64,000 bases of DNA, taken from the NCBI GenBank assembly GCA_016937695.1, contig JAFGWC010000048.1:61777-125776 (forward strand), written 5' to 3'. Each line of letters starts with the position of its first letter. Within the stretch, counting starts at the first letter, position 1. The stretch is from Bacteroidales bacterium. GTDB taxonomy: Bacteria > Bacteroidota > Bacteroidia > Bacteroidales > NBLH01. The translations under genes were made by a program, and so were the position numbers. Positions 17,517-25,984 of this stretch are shown here, piece by piece. A model generated the notes under the pieces. The model was given only the letters and a program-made list of their open reading frames with translations, did not search any database and was not told the origin of the DNA.

Positions 17517-18686
17517 TTAATAATTTAATCCAAAAGACCAAAGTGGAATAACATTGAGGTAGCCATATTCAATATCATCTTTTACAACAAATGATTTTCC
17601 GTCTTTTTCTATTTGGTCTTGTTGTTTATTTTTTCCTCCAACTTCAAATGTGTAATTATCAATTACAAAATCAGCTTTACTTGAAGAAATTACTTCATTT
17701 TTTACTCGCATTTGATTGAAAAAGAATGTTTCTCTCAAATTTCCAACATTTGATTTATCTCCAACTAAGTTGAAAATGATATTTGTATTATCTAAATACA
17801 CTTTATCAACTTTTCCTAATCCTCGTATTCCACTCGTTTCATTTCTTAACTGTCCAATAAGTCCAGCTTTTTCCATGTAGGAAAAATAATCGTCTAATGA
17901 ATTCCTACTTACACTAATTATTTCGGAAATTTTGGAAAAATTGGGTTTAAATGGCACACTTTCAGCAATAATTGAAAGTAATCGTTTAAGTTTTCGACTT
18001 GTTCCAACATTTAAGTTTGCATATTGTGGAATATCAGATTCTAATGTTTGTACAATTATTTGACCTAAACGTAAATCCATTTCATTTTCAATACCAAAAG
18101 GATAATACCCACGTTTTAAATAATCATTAAATAATGGTAGTGGATGTTGAATATTTTCAAGTTTTACTTCATTATTTATGATTTGTTCTAGGTTGTAAAC
18201 TTCTGTTTCAATATTGTGATATAGTTTTAAATATTCACGAAATGAAAGTCCTTGTAATTTGTAAATTATTGCTCGACGACTTAAATCAGATGAACCTTTT
18301 AGTATGTCAAGTACAGAAGAACCAGTAAAAACAATTTTCAGCGTGGGAAACGAATCATAAATGTTTTTTAATTCACCAGACCAGTCTGAATATTTATGAA
18401 TTTCATCAATAAACAAGTATTCTCCTGCATTTTTATAAAAATTATCAGCTAAATCAAGGAGTCTGTTTTCACTAAAGTACATATCGTCGGCTGATACATA
18501 TAATGCTTTTTTAGTATCCAATTTTTCCTTGATATGTTGTAAAATCATTGTTGTCTTACCGACTCCTCGAGCACCAATAATTCCAATCATTCTGCTATTC
18601 CACGAGACATTTTCATATATATAGCGTTTAAAATCTGTAGTTGTATTTTGTAAAAGCGTCTCAAATTTCTGATATAGTGTTTTCAT
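17517..18686 (-). CDS. AAA+ superfamily ATPase (COG1373-like; AAA_14 plus DUF4143-type C-terminal region)
   Basis: 389 aa. Walker A is GARGVGKTT and Walker B is LFIDEIH. The C-terminal region is typical of this widespread stand-alone ATPase family. Confidence 0.8.
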   Translation of the reverse strand: MKTLYQKFETLLQNTTTDFKRYIYENVSWNSRMIGIIGARGVGKTTMILQHIKEKLDTKKALYVSADDMYFSENRLLDLADNFYKNAGEYLFIDEIHKYSDWSGELKNIYDSFPTLKIVFTGSSVLDILKGSSDLSRRAIIYKLQGLSFREYLKLYHNIETEVYNLEQIINNEVKLENIQHPLPLFNDYLKRGYYPFGIENEMDLRLGQIIVQTLESDIPQYANLNVGTSRKLKRLLSIIAESVPFKPNFSKISEIISVSRNSLDDYFSYMEKAGLIGQLRNETSGIRGLGKVDKVYLDNTNIIFNLVGDKSNVGNLRETFFFNQMRVKNEVISSSKADFVIDNYTFEVGGKNKQQDQIEKDGKSFVVKDDIEYGYLNVIPLWSFGLNY

Positions 18687-18826
18687 AATTTTGAAATATA
18701 TTTTTCACAAAGATACAAAAATGCACAACAAATTAAACAATTATTTTACTTATTGCTAATCCAAATGTGCATCTGGCATTTTTTCCTGCTTGGCGTTAAC
18801 ATTTATATTTACACCATACACGATGC

Positions 18827-18991
18827 GTCTTAATCCTTGTTATAGTGGAATATCTTTTCTGAGACAAGATAAACAACCTATTGATACTTTGATTATCCAG
18901 GTCTTAATCCTTGTTGTAGTGGAATATCTTTTCTGAGGTGAAATGCGTAAAATGTAACGGAACAGGAAATGTAGTCTTAATCCTTGTTGTA
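18827..18991 (-). CRISPR. CRISPR mini-array: 2 full 37-nt repeats, 1 truncated repeat, 2 spacers
   Basis: Repeats are at 18827-18863 (one G>A change), 18901-18937 and 18974-18991 (first 18 nt only). Spacers are unique: 37 nt (18864-18900) and 36 nt (18938-18973). The reverse-complement repeat ends in ATTAAGAC, and a cas2 remnant lies about 100 bp away across an AT-rich leader-like stretch (18992-19091). This supports minus-strand transcription. Confidence 0.8.
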
Positions 18992-19091
18992 AATGCTTAT
19001 TTTTAATTGTTTATAATTTAAATATCTGTAAAACTTAATAAAAACCATTGTTTTTTTTATTTAAAATTTTATTCAAATATAATATTTTTTA

Positions 19092-19388
19092 TCAAAAGAA
19101 TAAAGTATTTTTATTTCCTGCAATTAAATCAAAATCAACCGAATGTCCTATTACTTTCATGCTTTTTACTTCGTTGCTTGATATTGGCACAAGAAATATG
19201 CTGTCGTTGTTATCGTAAACTTCGTTTACTTCTTTAAGTGTTTGGTCTATTTCGTTAAATATTTTATGTTCTAACTCGGCCATATAAATTTATTTTTGAA
19301 TGCGCGTGCAGCCTTTTGTAATAAAGTATTTGGCAATTTGTGTTCTAACTTTATTGTCTTGAATATCGTACATAACTAAAAATAACAT
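19092..19388 (-). pseudogene. cas2: cas2 pseudogene (in-frame TAA plus a probable 1-nt deletion near the start)
   Basis: The minus strand reads (MLF)LVMYDIQDNKVRTQIAKYFITKGCTRIQK-TAA-IYMAELEHKIFNEIDQTLKEVNEVYDNNDSIFLVPIS...KVIG, which is the Cas2 N-terminal signature. The stop is at 19290-19292. ATGTTATTTTAG at about 19377-19388 would read MLFLVMYDI with one more T. Confidence 0.75.
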
Positions 19389-19590
19389 TTTTTCGGGGTG
19401 TTTTTTCGATTTTAAACTTATTTCTAAAATTTTTTTTATCCTTTCTGATAATTCAGGCATATTTTCGATATCTGTTTTGCCGGAATCAATGTTTTTAATT
19501 CCGGCATTTTTTATACGAAAAAGTTTTTCGTGCAGGCTGATATTTACTTTTTTTTGGTCATACCATTTTTTTTTGTGTTATACCGAACTG

Positions 19591-19628
19591 TTATGATGTT
19601 AAGAGATTAAAATCTCTTAACATCATAA
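19591..19628. repeat. 38-bp perfect palindrome
   Basis: TTATGATGTTAAGAGATT-AA-AATCTCTTAACATCATAA, with an 18-bp perfect stem. Confidence 0.85.
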
Positions 19629-19698
19629 AATCCGCAAGTCATCGCATCAATCAGTTAATTAATACCGATTTACATTCATAATTGTAATTTTATGTTAA

Positions 19699-19833
19699 AA
19701 TCACAAAGAAGGATTAATAATTTCGATAGAAGTAATACCTAACTACGAACTTGAAAGCTTAATTCTGTACGTTGGCGAAAGAGTTAAAATTTTAAGCCCT
19801 GAAAACTATAAAGATAAAAAAAAAACTGAGTAA
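19699..19833 (+). pseudogene. C-terminal fragment of a WYL-domain (YafY-like) regulator
   Basis: Translation NHKEGLIISIEVIPNYELESLILYVGERVKILSPENYKDKKKTE* matches the conserved C-terminal end of WYL regulators (..v.pn.eL...iL.fG..vkVl.P..l). Everything upstream is missing. Confidence 0.5.
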
Positions 19834-19960
19834 AGAAATTTCAGATCTATACTTAGGTTTCTAATTCGACACTATCCATTCAATATAAATTTTTGATGAA
19901 ATATTTTGCATTCTAATTCTTATACATATGTTCAGATATATGAATCGACGTTTCCGATAA

Positions 19961-20004
19961 TCGCTAAAAGCAAAATGCTTGTGCCCACTTTTTTGTTTTA
20001 CAGG
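19961..20004 (+). repeat. direct repeat copy B (decayed copy of the tRNA-terminator sequence)
   Basis: TCGCTAAAAGCAAAATGCTTGTGCCCACTTTTTTGTTTTACAGG matches 15819-15861 at about 38/44 positions. Confidence 0.7.
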
Positions 20005-20213
20005 CAAATTTTTAAAAATAAGTCTCTTGCATTTAAAAATGTAATGAAACTTTGTTCTGCAAACCAGCTTACAAAGCGAAAAGGCAAACACACAAATATA
20101 AAAAAAACATTCTGATTTCAAAAAAACATAAATCATTGTATATGAAAAATATAATGCTCACATTTGCATCTTGAGTAAACTTTTTTATTCACCGTTAATT
20201 AATTATTAAACCT

Positions 20214-21427
20214 ATGTCAATAAGTATAATTGGCCGTTCGCTGAATGGTTCAGCAACATTGAAGCTCAATGAAACGGCAGCCATTTTAAAGGCAAAAGGA
20301 GAGCCAATCATCCATTTAAGAGGTGGCGAGCCAAAAGGAAAAGCGCCACTGGATGCAATAACCCGCGCTGCAGCAATGTTGAACGGTGCAGAAATCAGAT
20401 ATTCTCCACCAGATGGAACAGTTGAGGCAAAACAAGCAGTTATAAGATATACTGAGGAGTTTTACCACATGAAGCCAACACCTGAACAAGTAATAGTGTC
20501 AGTTGGCGCAAAACAAGCCTTGTTTTTTGCAATGCAAGCCATTCTAAACCCCCAAGACGAAATTTTATTTCCGGCTCCATATTGGGTAAGTTATATGGAA
20601 ATGGCAAAAATGATTGGAGCCATTGGGGTATTCCTGTTCATGCTGAAGATGGAGGATTCATTCCACGTCTTAAAGATATTGAGCTACGTGTAACATCTTA
20701 CACAAAAGCAATTATACTTAATAGTCCTAATAACCCATCAGGTGCACATTATCCGCCTGAAGTTATAGCAGAAATAGTTAATTTTTGCGAAAAAAAAGGA
20801 ATTTACTTGATAATGGATGATATTTATCACCGTCTGCTGTTCGATGGCAAAAAACCATACAGCGTATATGATTTTGTAAAAAAACACGACAACAATTCAA
20901 AAATCATCATCATCAATGGGGTTTCAAAATTATATGCAATGACAGGCTTGCGTATTGGATGGGCTGTTGCCAACCAAAAAATAATTGAAGTAATGGTAAA
21001 TATTCAAGCGCATACTAACTCTGCGCCATCACCAATATTACAAGCAGCAGCTGCCTGTGCTCTTAACGGGATACAATCAAGTGTTGAGAGTTTAAGACAA
21101 ACACTTGAAAACAATAGAAATGTTATGTATGCAAGATTAAAAGCATTTGAAGGCATTCATGTAACCAAACCGGATGGTACATTTTACATGTTTGCAGATT
21201 TTAGTTCCTATGAAAAAAACTCCATTAAATTGGCAAACTTTATTCTTGAAAAAGTAAGAGTAACAGTTGTTCCCGGCGTTGAATTTGGAAGAGAAGGTTT
21301 CCTTCGCTTGTCATTCAATACAACTATTAAAGACATTACTCAAGGAATTGAAAGAATAAAATGGGCACTTGATCCAAATTCGCCTAACGAGTTATATATT
21401 GGAGAACGTAAATTAGTGAGGGATTGA
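20214..21427 (+). pseudogene. class I/II (aspartate-type) aminotransferase, split by a -1 frameshift in a G-run
   Basis: ORF 20214..20693 ends with ...FPAPYWVSYMEMAKMIGAIG. ORF 20582..21427 continues GIPVHAEDGGF...ILNSPNNPSG...SKLYAMTGLRIGW (PLP-Lys region). The frames switch at GGGG 20625-20628, and a fifth G would give AKMIGAIGGIPVH. Confidence 0.8.
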
Positions 21428-21429
21428 GT

Positions 21430-23094
21430 ATGAGCAAATATTTAAAATTCGACACACCTGCTCAAAAAAACGCAGGCGATTTGGCTGGCGATTTTAAGTT
21501 GGCAAATCATGGCTTAGTATATCTTGAAAGAGAATTTTGGAATTTACTTGATTCGGCATTATATGAAGAATCTATTTTTAGAGGAGAAACCAAAATGATG
21601 TCTGGAGGTTCACTGGTTGTTCACACTGGAAAATGGACTGCACGAGCAGCTAACGATAAATACATTGTTAATGAACCAATCAATACGGATAAAATAGATT
21701 GGGGAGAATACAATCGTCCTCTAGATTCCGCTAAATTTTCTGGCATTTTCAACAGAATTCAAGCTTTTTTGCAAGGCGAAGAAGTTTTTGTTCAGGATTT
21801 ATATATTGGCACAGACACTGATTATGCACTTCCAATCCGTATAATTACTGATACTGCCTGGCAAAGTCTTTTTGCAAGAAATATGTTTATGAAACCACGA
21901 ACTCGAGATGAATATCGGAACCACATTCCTGAATTTACATTAATTGCTTCACCTAAATTCAAGCTAGATCCTCGGATTGACGTAACCTTATCTGAAACAG
22001 GTGTTATTATTGATTTCTCAAGACGATTGGCTATTATAGCAAATACAAGTTATGCGGGAGAAATTAAAAAGACAATGTTCTCAGTAATGAACTATCTGAA
22101 ACCACTTGAAGGCGTGATGGCAATGCACTGCTCGGCTAACGTTGGTAAACAAGGTGATGCTGCTTTATTTTTTGGTTTATCTGGAACAGGAAAAACTACG
22201 CTTTCAGCCGATCCAGAAAGAAGTTTGATTGGAGATGATGAACATGGTTGGAGCGACAATGGTATTTTCAATTTTGAAGCAGGCTGTTATGCAAAAGTTA
22301 TTCGCCTTTCAGAAGAAGCAGAACCTGAAATTTATGCATGCACACACCGCTACGGATCAATTCTTGAAAACGTGGTGTTTGATTCTACATCACGTATGAT
22401 TGATTTGGATGATGACAAACTTACTGAAAATACAAGGATTTCTTATCCATTGGAATTTATCTCCAATTCGGTATCTGAGAAAATGGTAAACAAGCATCCC
22501 AAAAATGTTATTTTTCTTACTGCAGATGCTCAGGGTGTGTTGCCACCAATCGCTAGATTAGATTTAAATCAGGCAATGTATCATTTTATTAGCGGTTACA
22601 CTTCAAAAATAGCAGGAACAGAAATTGGCTTAGGAATTGAACCTGAAATTACTTTTAGTGCTTGCTTTGGTGCTCCATTTATGGTACATCATCCATTTTT
22701 CTATGCCAATTTGCTTAAAAGAAAAATTGAAGCACACGGTTCAAAAGTATGGCTGGTAAATACCGGATGGGTTGGTGGAAAATTTGGAATAGGAAAACGA
22801 ATAAGCATAAAACACACTAGAAATATGCTAAACGCTGTATTAAATGGTGATTTGGATAATGTTGAATTTAGAACAGACAAACTGTTTGGTTTTGAAGTAC
22901 CAACAGAATGCCCTAATGTTCCAAAAGAAGTATTTATACCTGAAAATGCATGGGGAAATAAAAACGAGTATTGGCAAAAATACGATGCCCTTGCTGCCAG
23001 ATATATCGAAAATTTCAATTTATTTGCTGATGGTTTACCAACCGAAGTTTTAGCTGCCGGACCTAAAAGATTGAAACTTCTAATAACAGCATAA
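21430..23094 (+). CDS. pckA: phosphoenolpyruvate carboxykinase (ATP)
   Basis: About 554 aa. Contains GLSGTGKTTLS (kinase-1a), IGDDEHGW and NTGW. The ORF-track start at 21424 (TTG) overlaps the upstream stop, so the ATG at 21430 is an equally good start. Confidence 0.9.
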   Translation: MSKYLKFDTPAQKNAGDLAGDFKLANHGLVYLEREFWNLLDSALYEESIFRGETKMMSGGSLVVHTGKWTARAANDKYIVNEPINTDKIDWGEYNRPLDSAKFSGIFNRIQAFLQGEEVFVQDLYIGTDTDYALPIRIITDTAWQSLFARNMFMKPRTRDEYRNHIPEFTLIASPKFKLDPRIDVTLSETGVIIDFSRRLAIIANTSYAGEIKKTMFSVMNYLKPLEGVMAMHCSANVGKQGDAALFFGLSGTGKTTLSADPERSLIGDDEHGWSDNGIFNFEAGCYAKVIRLSEEAEPEIYACTHRYGSILENVVFDSTSRMIDLDDDKLTENTRISYPLEFISNSVSEKMVNKHPKNVIFLTADAQGVLPPIARLDLNQAMYHFISGYTSKIAGTEIGLGIEPEITFSACFGAPFMVHHPFFYANLLKRKIEAHGSKVWLVNTGWVGGKFGIGKRISIKHTRNMLNAVLNGDLDNVEFRTDKLFGFEVPTECPNVPKEVFIPENAWGNKNEYWQKYDALAARYIENFNLFADGLPTEVLAAGPKRLKLLITA

Positions 23095-23116
23095 GAATTT
23101 TTAATATATTTTAAAT

Positions 23117-23152
23117 AAAACAGCTGTTTTTAATATTAAAAACAACTGTTTT
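23117..23152 (+). terminator. hairpin terminator after pckA
   Basis: AAAACAGCTGTTTTT-aatatt-AAAAACAACTGTTTT with one mismatch. Confidence 0.55.
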
Positions 23153-23533
23153 ATTATTTCATATAGTTTGATAAAAATAGTATCAAATAGCTATGTATAA
23201 GGCATTAAAGAATTGTTAAACTACTTTTTTATTTATATTTTCTATTATTAAACTAACAATTCTTGAATACTTTTTTAATTCGCTGTTCATTTTTTTAATC
23301 TATTTTGCAATTATGTATAATTATTAAAGTAATTGAAAATGAACCAAATAGTTTGTTTACTAAGCTTGTATGTCCGCCGTATATTTTTCCAGTTTTTCGT
23401 TAATTTTAAGGTAAGTAAGAAATATTTTTATCAGTCTCATTAGGTATTACACAAAATTTATAATCAAATATATCGATTAAATTTTTATTTTAGCGCTTTA
23501 ATTGGCAGTTTTATTTGCCGAAAATTTTATAAA

Positions 23534-24250
23534 ATGCAAAAAAATAAATATTCCGAAATAATATATAAACTACTTCGTCTTTTAAAAGTAATTAGAGGCA
23601 AAGATATTTTTATTTGTAAAGATATTAATATCGACACAGAAACATTTGGGAATAAATGTGTTGAATGGACATTTTATTCAAAAACAATAGATGAAAATTC
23701 AGTAGTTTATTCTTTTGGAGTTGGCGATGATATTTCTTTTGATTTAAGTTTGATAAATAAATACGATTTACAAATTTTCGCTTTCGATCCAACACCAAAA
23801 TCTTTTGATTGGATAACATCTCAAAATCTTCCAAATCAATTTGTAATAAACAATATTGGATTGGCCGATTACGACGGAAAAGCAAAATTTAATCCACCTG
23901 AAAATCCTGAACATATTTCGGCAACTATGCTTGAAAGACCGGAAACAAAAAACCAATCGTACAAAGTTGATGTAAAAACTCTGAAATCAATAATGAAAGA
24001 ATTAAATCATTCTGAAATTGATATTTTGAAAATGGATATTGAAGGAATGGAGTATAGAGTTATTGATAATCTTCTGGAAAACAACATATTACCTTATCAA
24101 ATATTAATTGAATTTCATCATAGATTTAAAAATGTTGGAATTAAAGAAACAGCTAAAACAGTTAAAAAATTAAGAAAATCTGGTTATAAAGTTTTTCACG
24201 TTTCAAAAACAGGCGAAGAGATAGCTTTTATTAGAAAAGATAAGATTTAA
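23534..24250 (+). CDS. FkbM-family methyltransferase
   Basis: 238 aa. Blocks VVYSFGVGDDISFD, FAFDPTP and DILKMDIEGMEY are typical of Methyltransf_21/FkbM. Confidence 0.75.
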   Translation: MQKNKYSEIIYKLLRLLKVIRGKDIFICKDINIDTETFGNKCVEWTFYSKTIDENSVVYSFGVGDDISFDLSLINKYDLQIFAFDPTPKSFDWITSQNLPNQFVINNIGLADYDGKAKFNPPENPEHISATMLERPETKNQSYKVDVKTLKSIMKELNHSEIDILKMDIEGMEYRVIDNLLENNILPYQILIEFHHRFKNVGIKETAKTVKKLRKSGYKVFHVSKTGEEIAFIRKDKI

Positions 24251-24251
24251 A

Positions 24252-24704
24252 ATGCGTACAGTAATTCAAAGAGTAAATTTTGCAACTGTTAAAATAGATG
24301 GTTTTGAAAATGCCTCTATAAAAAAGGGTTTATTAATTTTTATTGGTATAGAAAACGATGATAATGACGAAGATGTAAACTGGCTTTCTTCTAAAGTTTG
24401 CAATTTAAGAATTTTTGATGATGAAAATGGCGTTATGAATTTGTCTGTAAAAGAAATTGATGGCGAAATTTTAAGTATAAGCCAATTTACTTTGCATGCT
24501 AAAACAAAAAAAGGTAACAGACCTTCATATATTCATGCAGCAAAACCTGAAATTGCAATTCCTATTTACGAAAAGTTTAACAAACAGCTTGAATTTGAAA
24601 TCAGAAAAGAAATAAAAACAGGAATTTTTGGTGCTGACATGAAAATTTCACTTGAAAACGACGGACCTGTTACAATAATTATCGATACAAAAAATAAAGA
24701 ATAA
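24252..24704 (+). CDS. dtd: D-aminoacyl-tRNA deacylase
   Basis: 150 aa. Contains MRTVIQRV, GLLIFIGI, SQFTL and GPVT motifs. Confidence 0.9.
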   Translation: MRTVIQRVNFATVKIDGFENASIKKGLLIFIGIENDDNDEDVNWLSSKVCNLRIFDDENGVMNLSVKEIDGEILSISQFTLHAKTKKGNRPSYIHAAKPEIAIPIYEKFNKQLEFEIRKEIKTGIFGADMKISLENDGPVTIIIDTKNKE

Positions 24705-25030
24705 TGACAATTATAGAAGCACAACAGACTGTTGATGAGTGGATTAAAAAATTTGGCGTCAGATATTTTAATGAATTAACAAACATGGCAATACTTACGG
24801 AAGAAGTTGGTGAGCTTGCCAGAATTATTGCCAGAAAATACGGTGAACAATCATTTAAAAATGATGAAGAAAATTATAATTTAGCAGATGAAATTGCTGA
24901 TGTTATGTTTGTATTAATTTGTATAGCAAACCAAACAGGAGTTGATTTAACAAAAGCTTTTGAAAAAAACATCAGAAAAAAAACAGAAAGAGATATTGAT
25001 AGACATCAGCAAAACAAAAAATTAGTATAA
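24704..25030 (+). CDS. MazG-like nucleotide pyrophosphohydrolase
   Basis: 108 aa. Contains LTEEVGELARII and ADEIADVMFVLICIAN (EExxE/D motifs). Confidence 0.8.
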   Translation: MTIIEAQQTVDEWIKKFGVRYFNELTNMAILTEEVGELARIIARKYGEQSFKNDEENYNLADEIADVMFVLICIANQTGVDLTKAFEKNIRKKTERDIDRHQQNKKLV

Positions 25031-25060
25031 ACACATGATTATTAATAAATTACACAAACT

Positions 25061-25945
25061 ATGAAAATATTAGAAAATTACAAATATCCGTTTTCAGGAA
25101 ATCAAATTGAACAAAAAATTATTGAAATTAAAGAAAAAAGTAAATCAAATTATACTGTTGAAAATTTAAAAAAAGCATTCAGTTTTATTGATTTAACAAG
25201 CCTTAACTCAACAGATAAAGTTTCTGAAATAGAAGCTATGTGCCAGAAAGTAAATACTTTTTCGAAAGACAATCCTGATTTTACAAATGTGGCTGCTATT
25301 TGCGTTTATCCATCAATGGTTGAAACAGTAAAAAAAACATTAACTGCAAAAAACATAGAAATTGCTGCAGTTTCGGCAGGCTTTCCTTCAGCTCAAACTT
25401 TTATTGAAATAAAAAAACTAGAATCGGAAATTGCAATAAAAAAAGGCGCAGACGAACTTGATATAGTTATTTCTATTGGTGAATTGTTATCAGGAAATTA
25501 TCAAAAAGTATATGACGAAATAAAAATTGTGAAAGATGCAATTGGAACACATCATTTAAAAGTAATTTTAGAAAGCGGAGCTCTTGAAAATCCTGAAAAT
25601 ATTTGGAAAGCCAGCATTTTAGCAATGGAAGCCGGAGCCGATTTTATTAAAACATCAACAGGAAAACTACAACCAGCTGCTACTTTAGAAGCTGCAATTG
25701 TTATGAGTGAAGCTATTAAAGCTTTTAATATAAAACACAATAAAAAAATTGGGTTTAAACCGGCAGGAGGAGTTTCAACCGGACATCAAGCAATTGAATA
25801 TTACACAGTTATGAAAGAAACTTTAGGAAACGATTGGCTAAATTCTAAACTTTTTAGAATTGGAGCAAGCAGCCTTGCAAACAATATTCTTTCCGAAATT
25901 AGCTCTATTGAAAGTGGTATAGATGTGAAAATTAAATACTTTTAA
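25061..25945 (+). CDS. deoC: deoxyribose-phosphate aldolase (long form)
   Basis: 294 aa. Contains DLTSLN, ELDIVI, and FIKTSTGK with the Schiff-base Lys. Confidence 0.85.
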   Translation: MKILENYKYPFSGNQIEQKIIEIKEKSKSNYTVENLKKAFSFIDLTSLNSTDKVSEIEAMCQKVNTFSKDNPDFTNVAAICVYPSMVETVKKTLTAKNIEIAAVSAGFPSAQTFIEIKKLESEIAIKKGADELDIVISIGELLSGNYQKVYDEIKIVKDAIGTHHLKVILESGALENPENIWKASILAMEAGADFIKTSTGKLQPAATLEAAIVMSEAIKAFNIKHNKKIGFKPAGGVSTGHQAIEYYTVMKETLGNDWLNSKLFRIGASSLANNILSEISSIESGIDVKIKYF

Positions 25946-25984
25946 TTAGTTTTACAACTTATTAAATTTAAAGCTTTTAAAATA

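Noticed and set aside
19861-20136. Two mutually overlapping ORFs (19861..20136 minus, 19906..20115 plus)
   Set aside because: They overlap each other antisense. They cover direct-repeat copy B and AT-rich junk and have low-complexity, Cys/Phe/Lys-rich translations. There is no support for either.
20214-23094. Idea that the aminotransferase-pckA pair is a compositionally foreign (higher GC) insert extending the tRNA-linked island
   Set aside because: Spot counts gave about 37-45% GC here. But fumC, a core gene, is also about 38% GC in a sampled stretch, so conserved metabolic genes are generally GC-richer than the about 22-28% accessory and intergenic DNA. The question cannot be settled without computed k-mer statistics or phylogeny.
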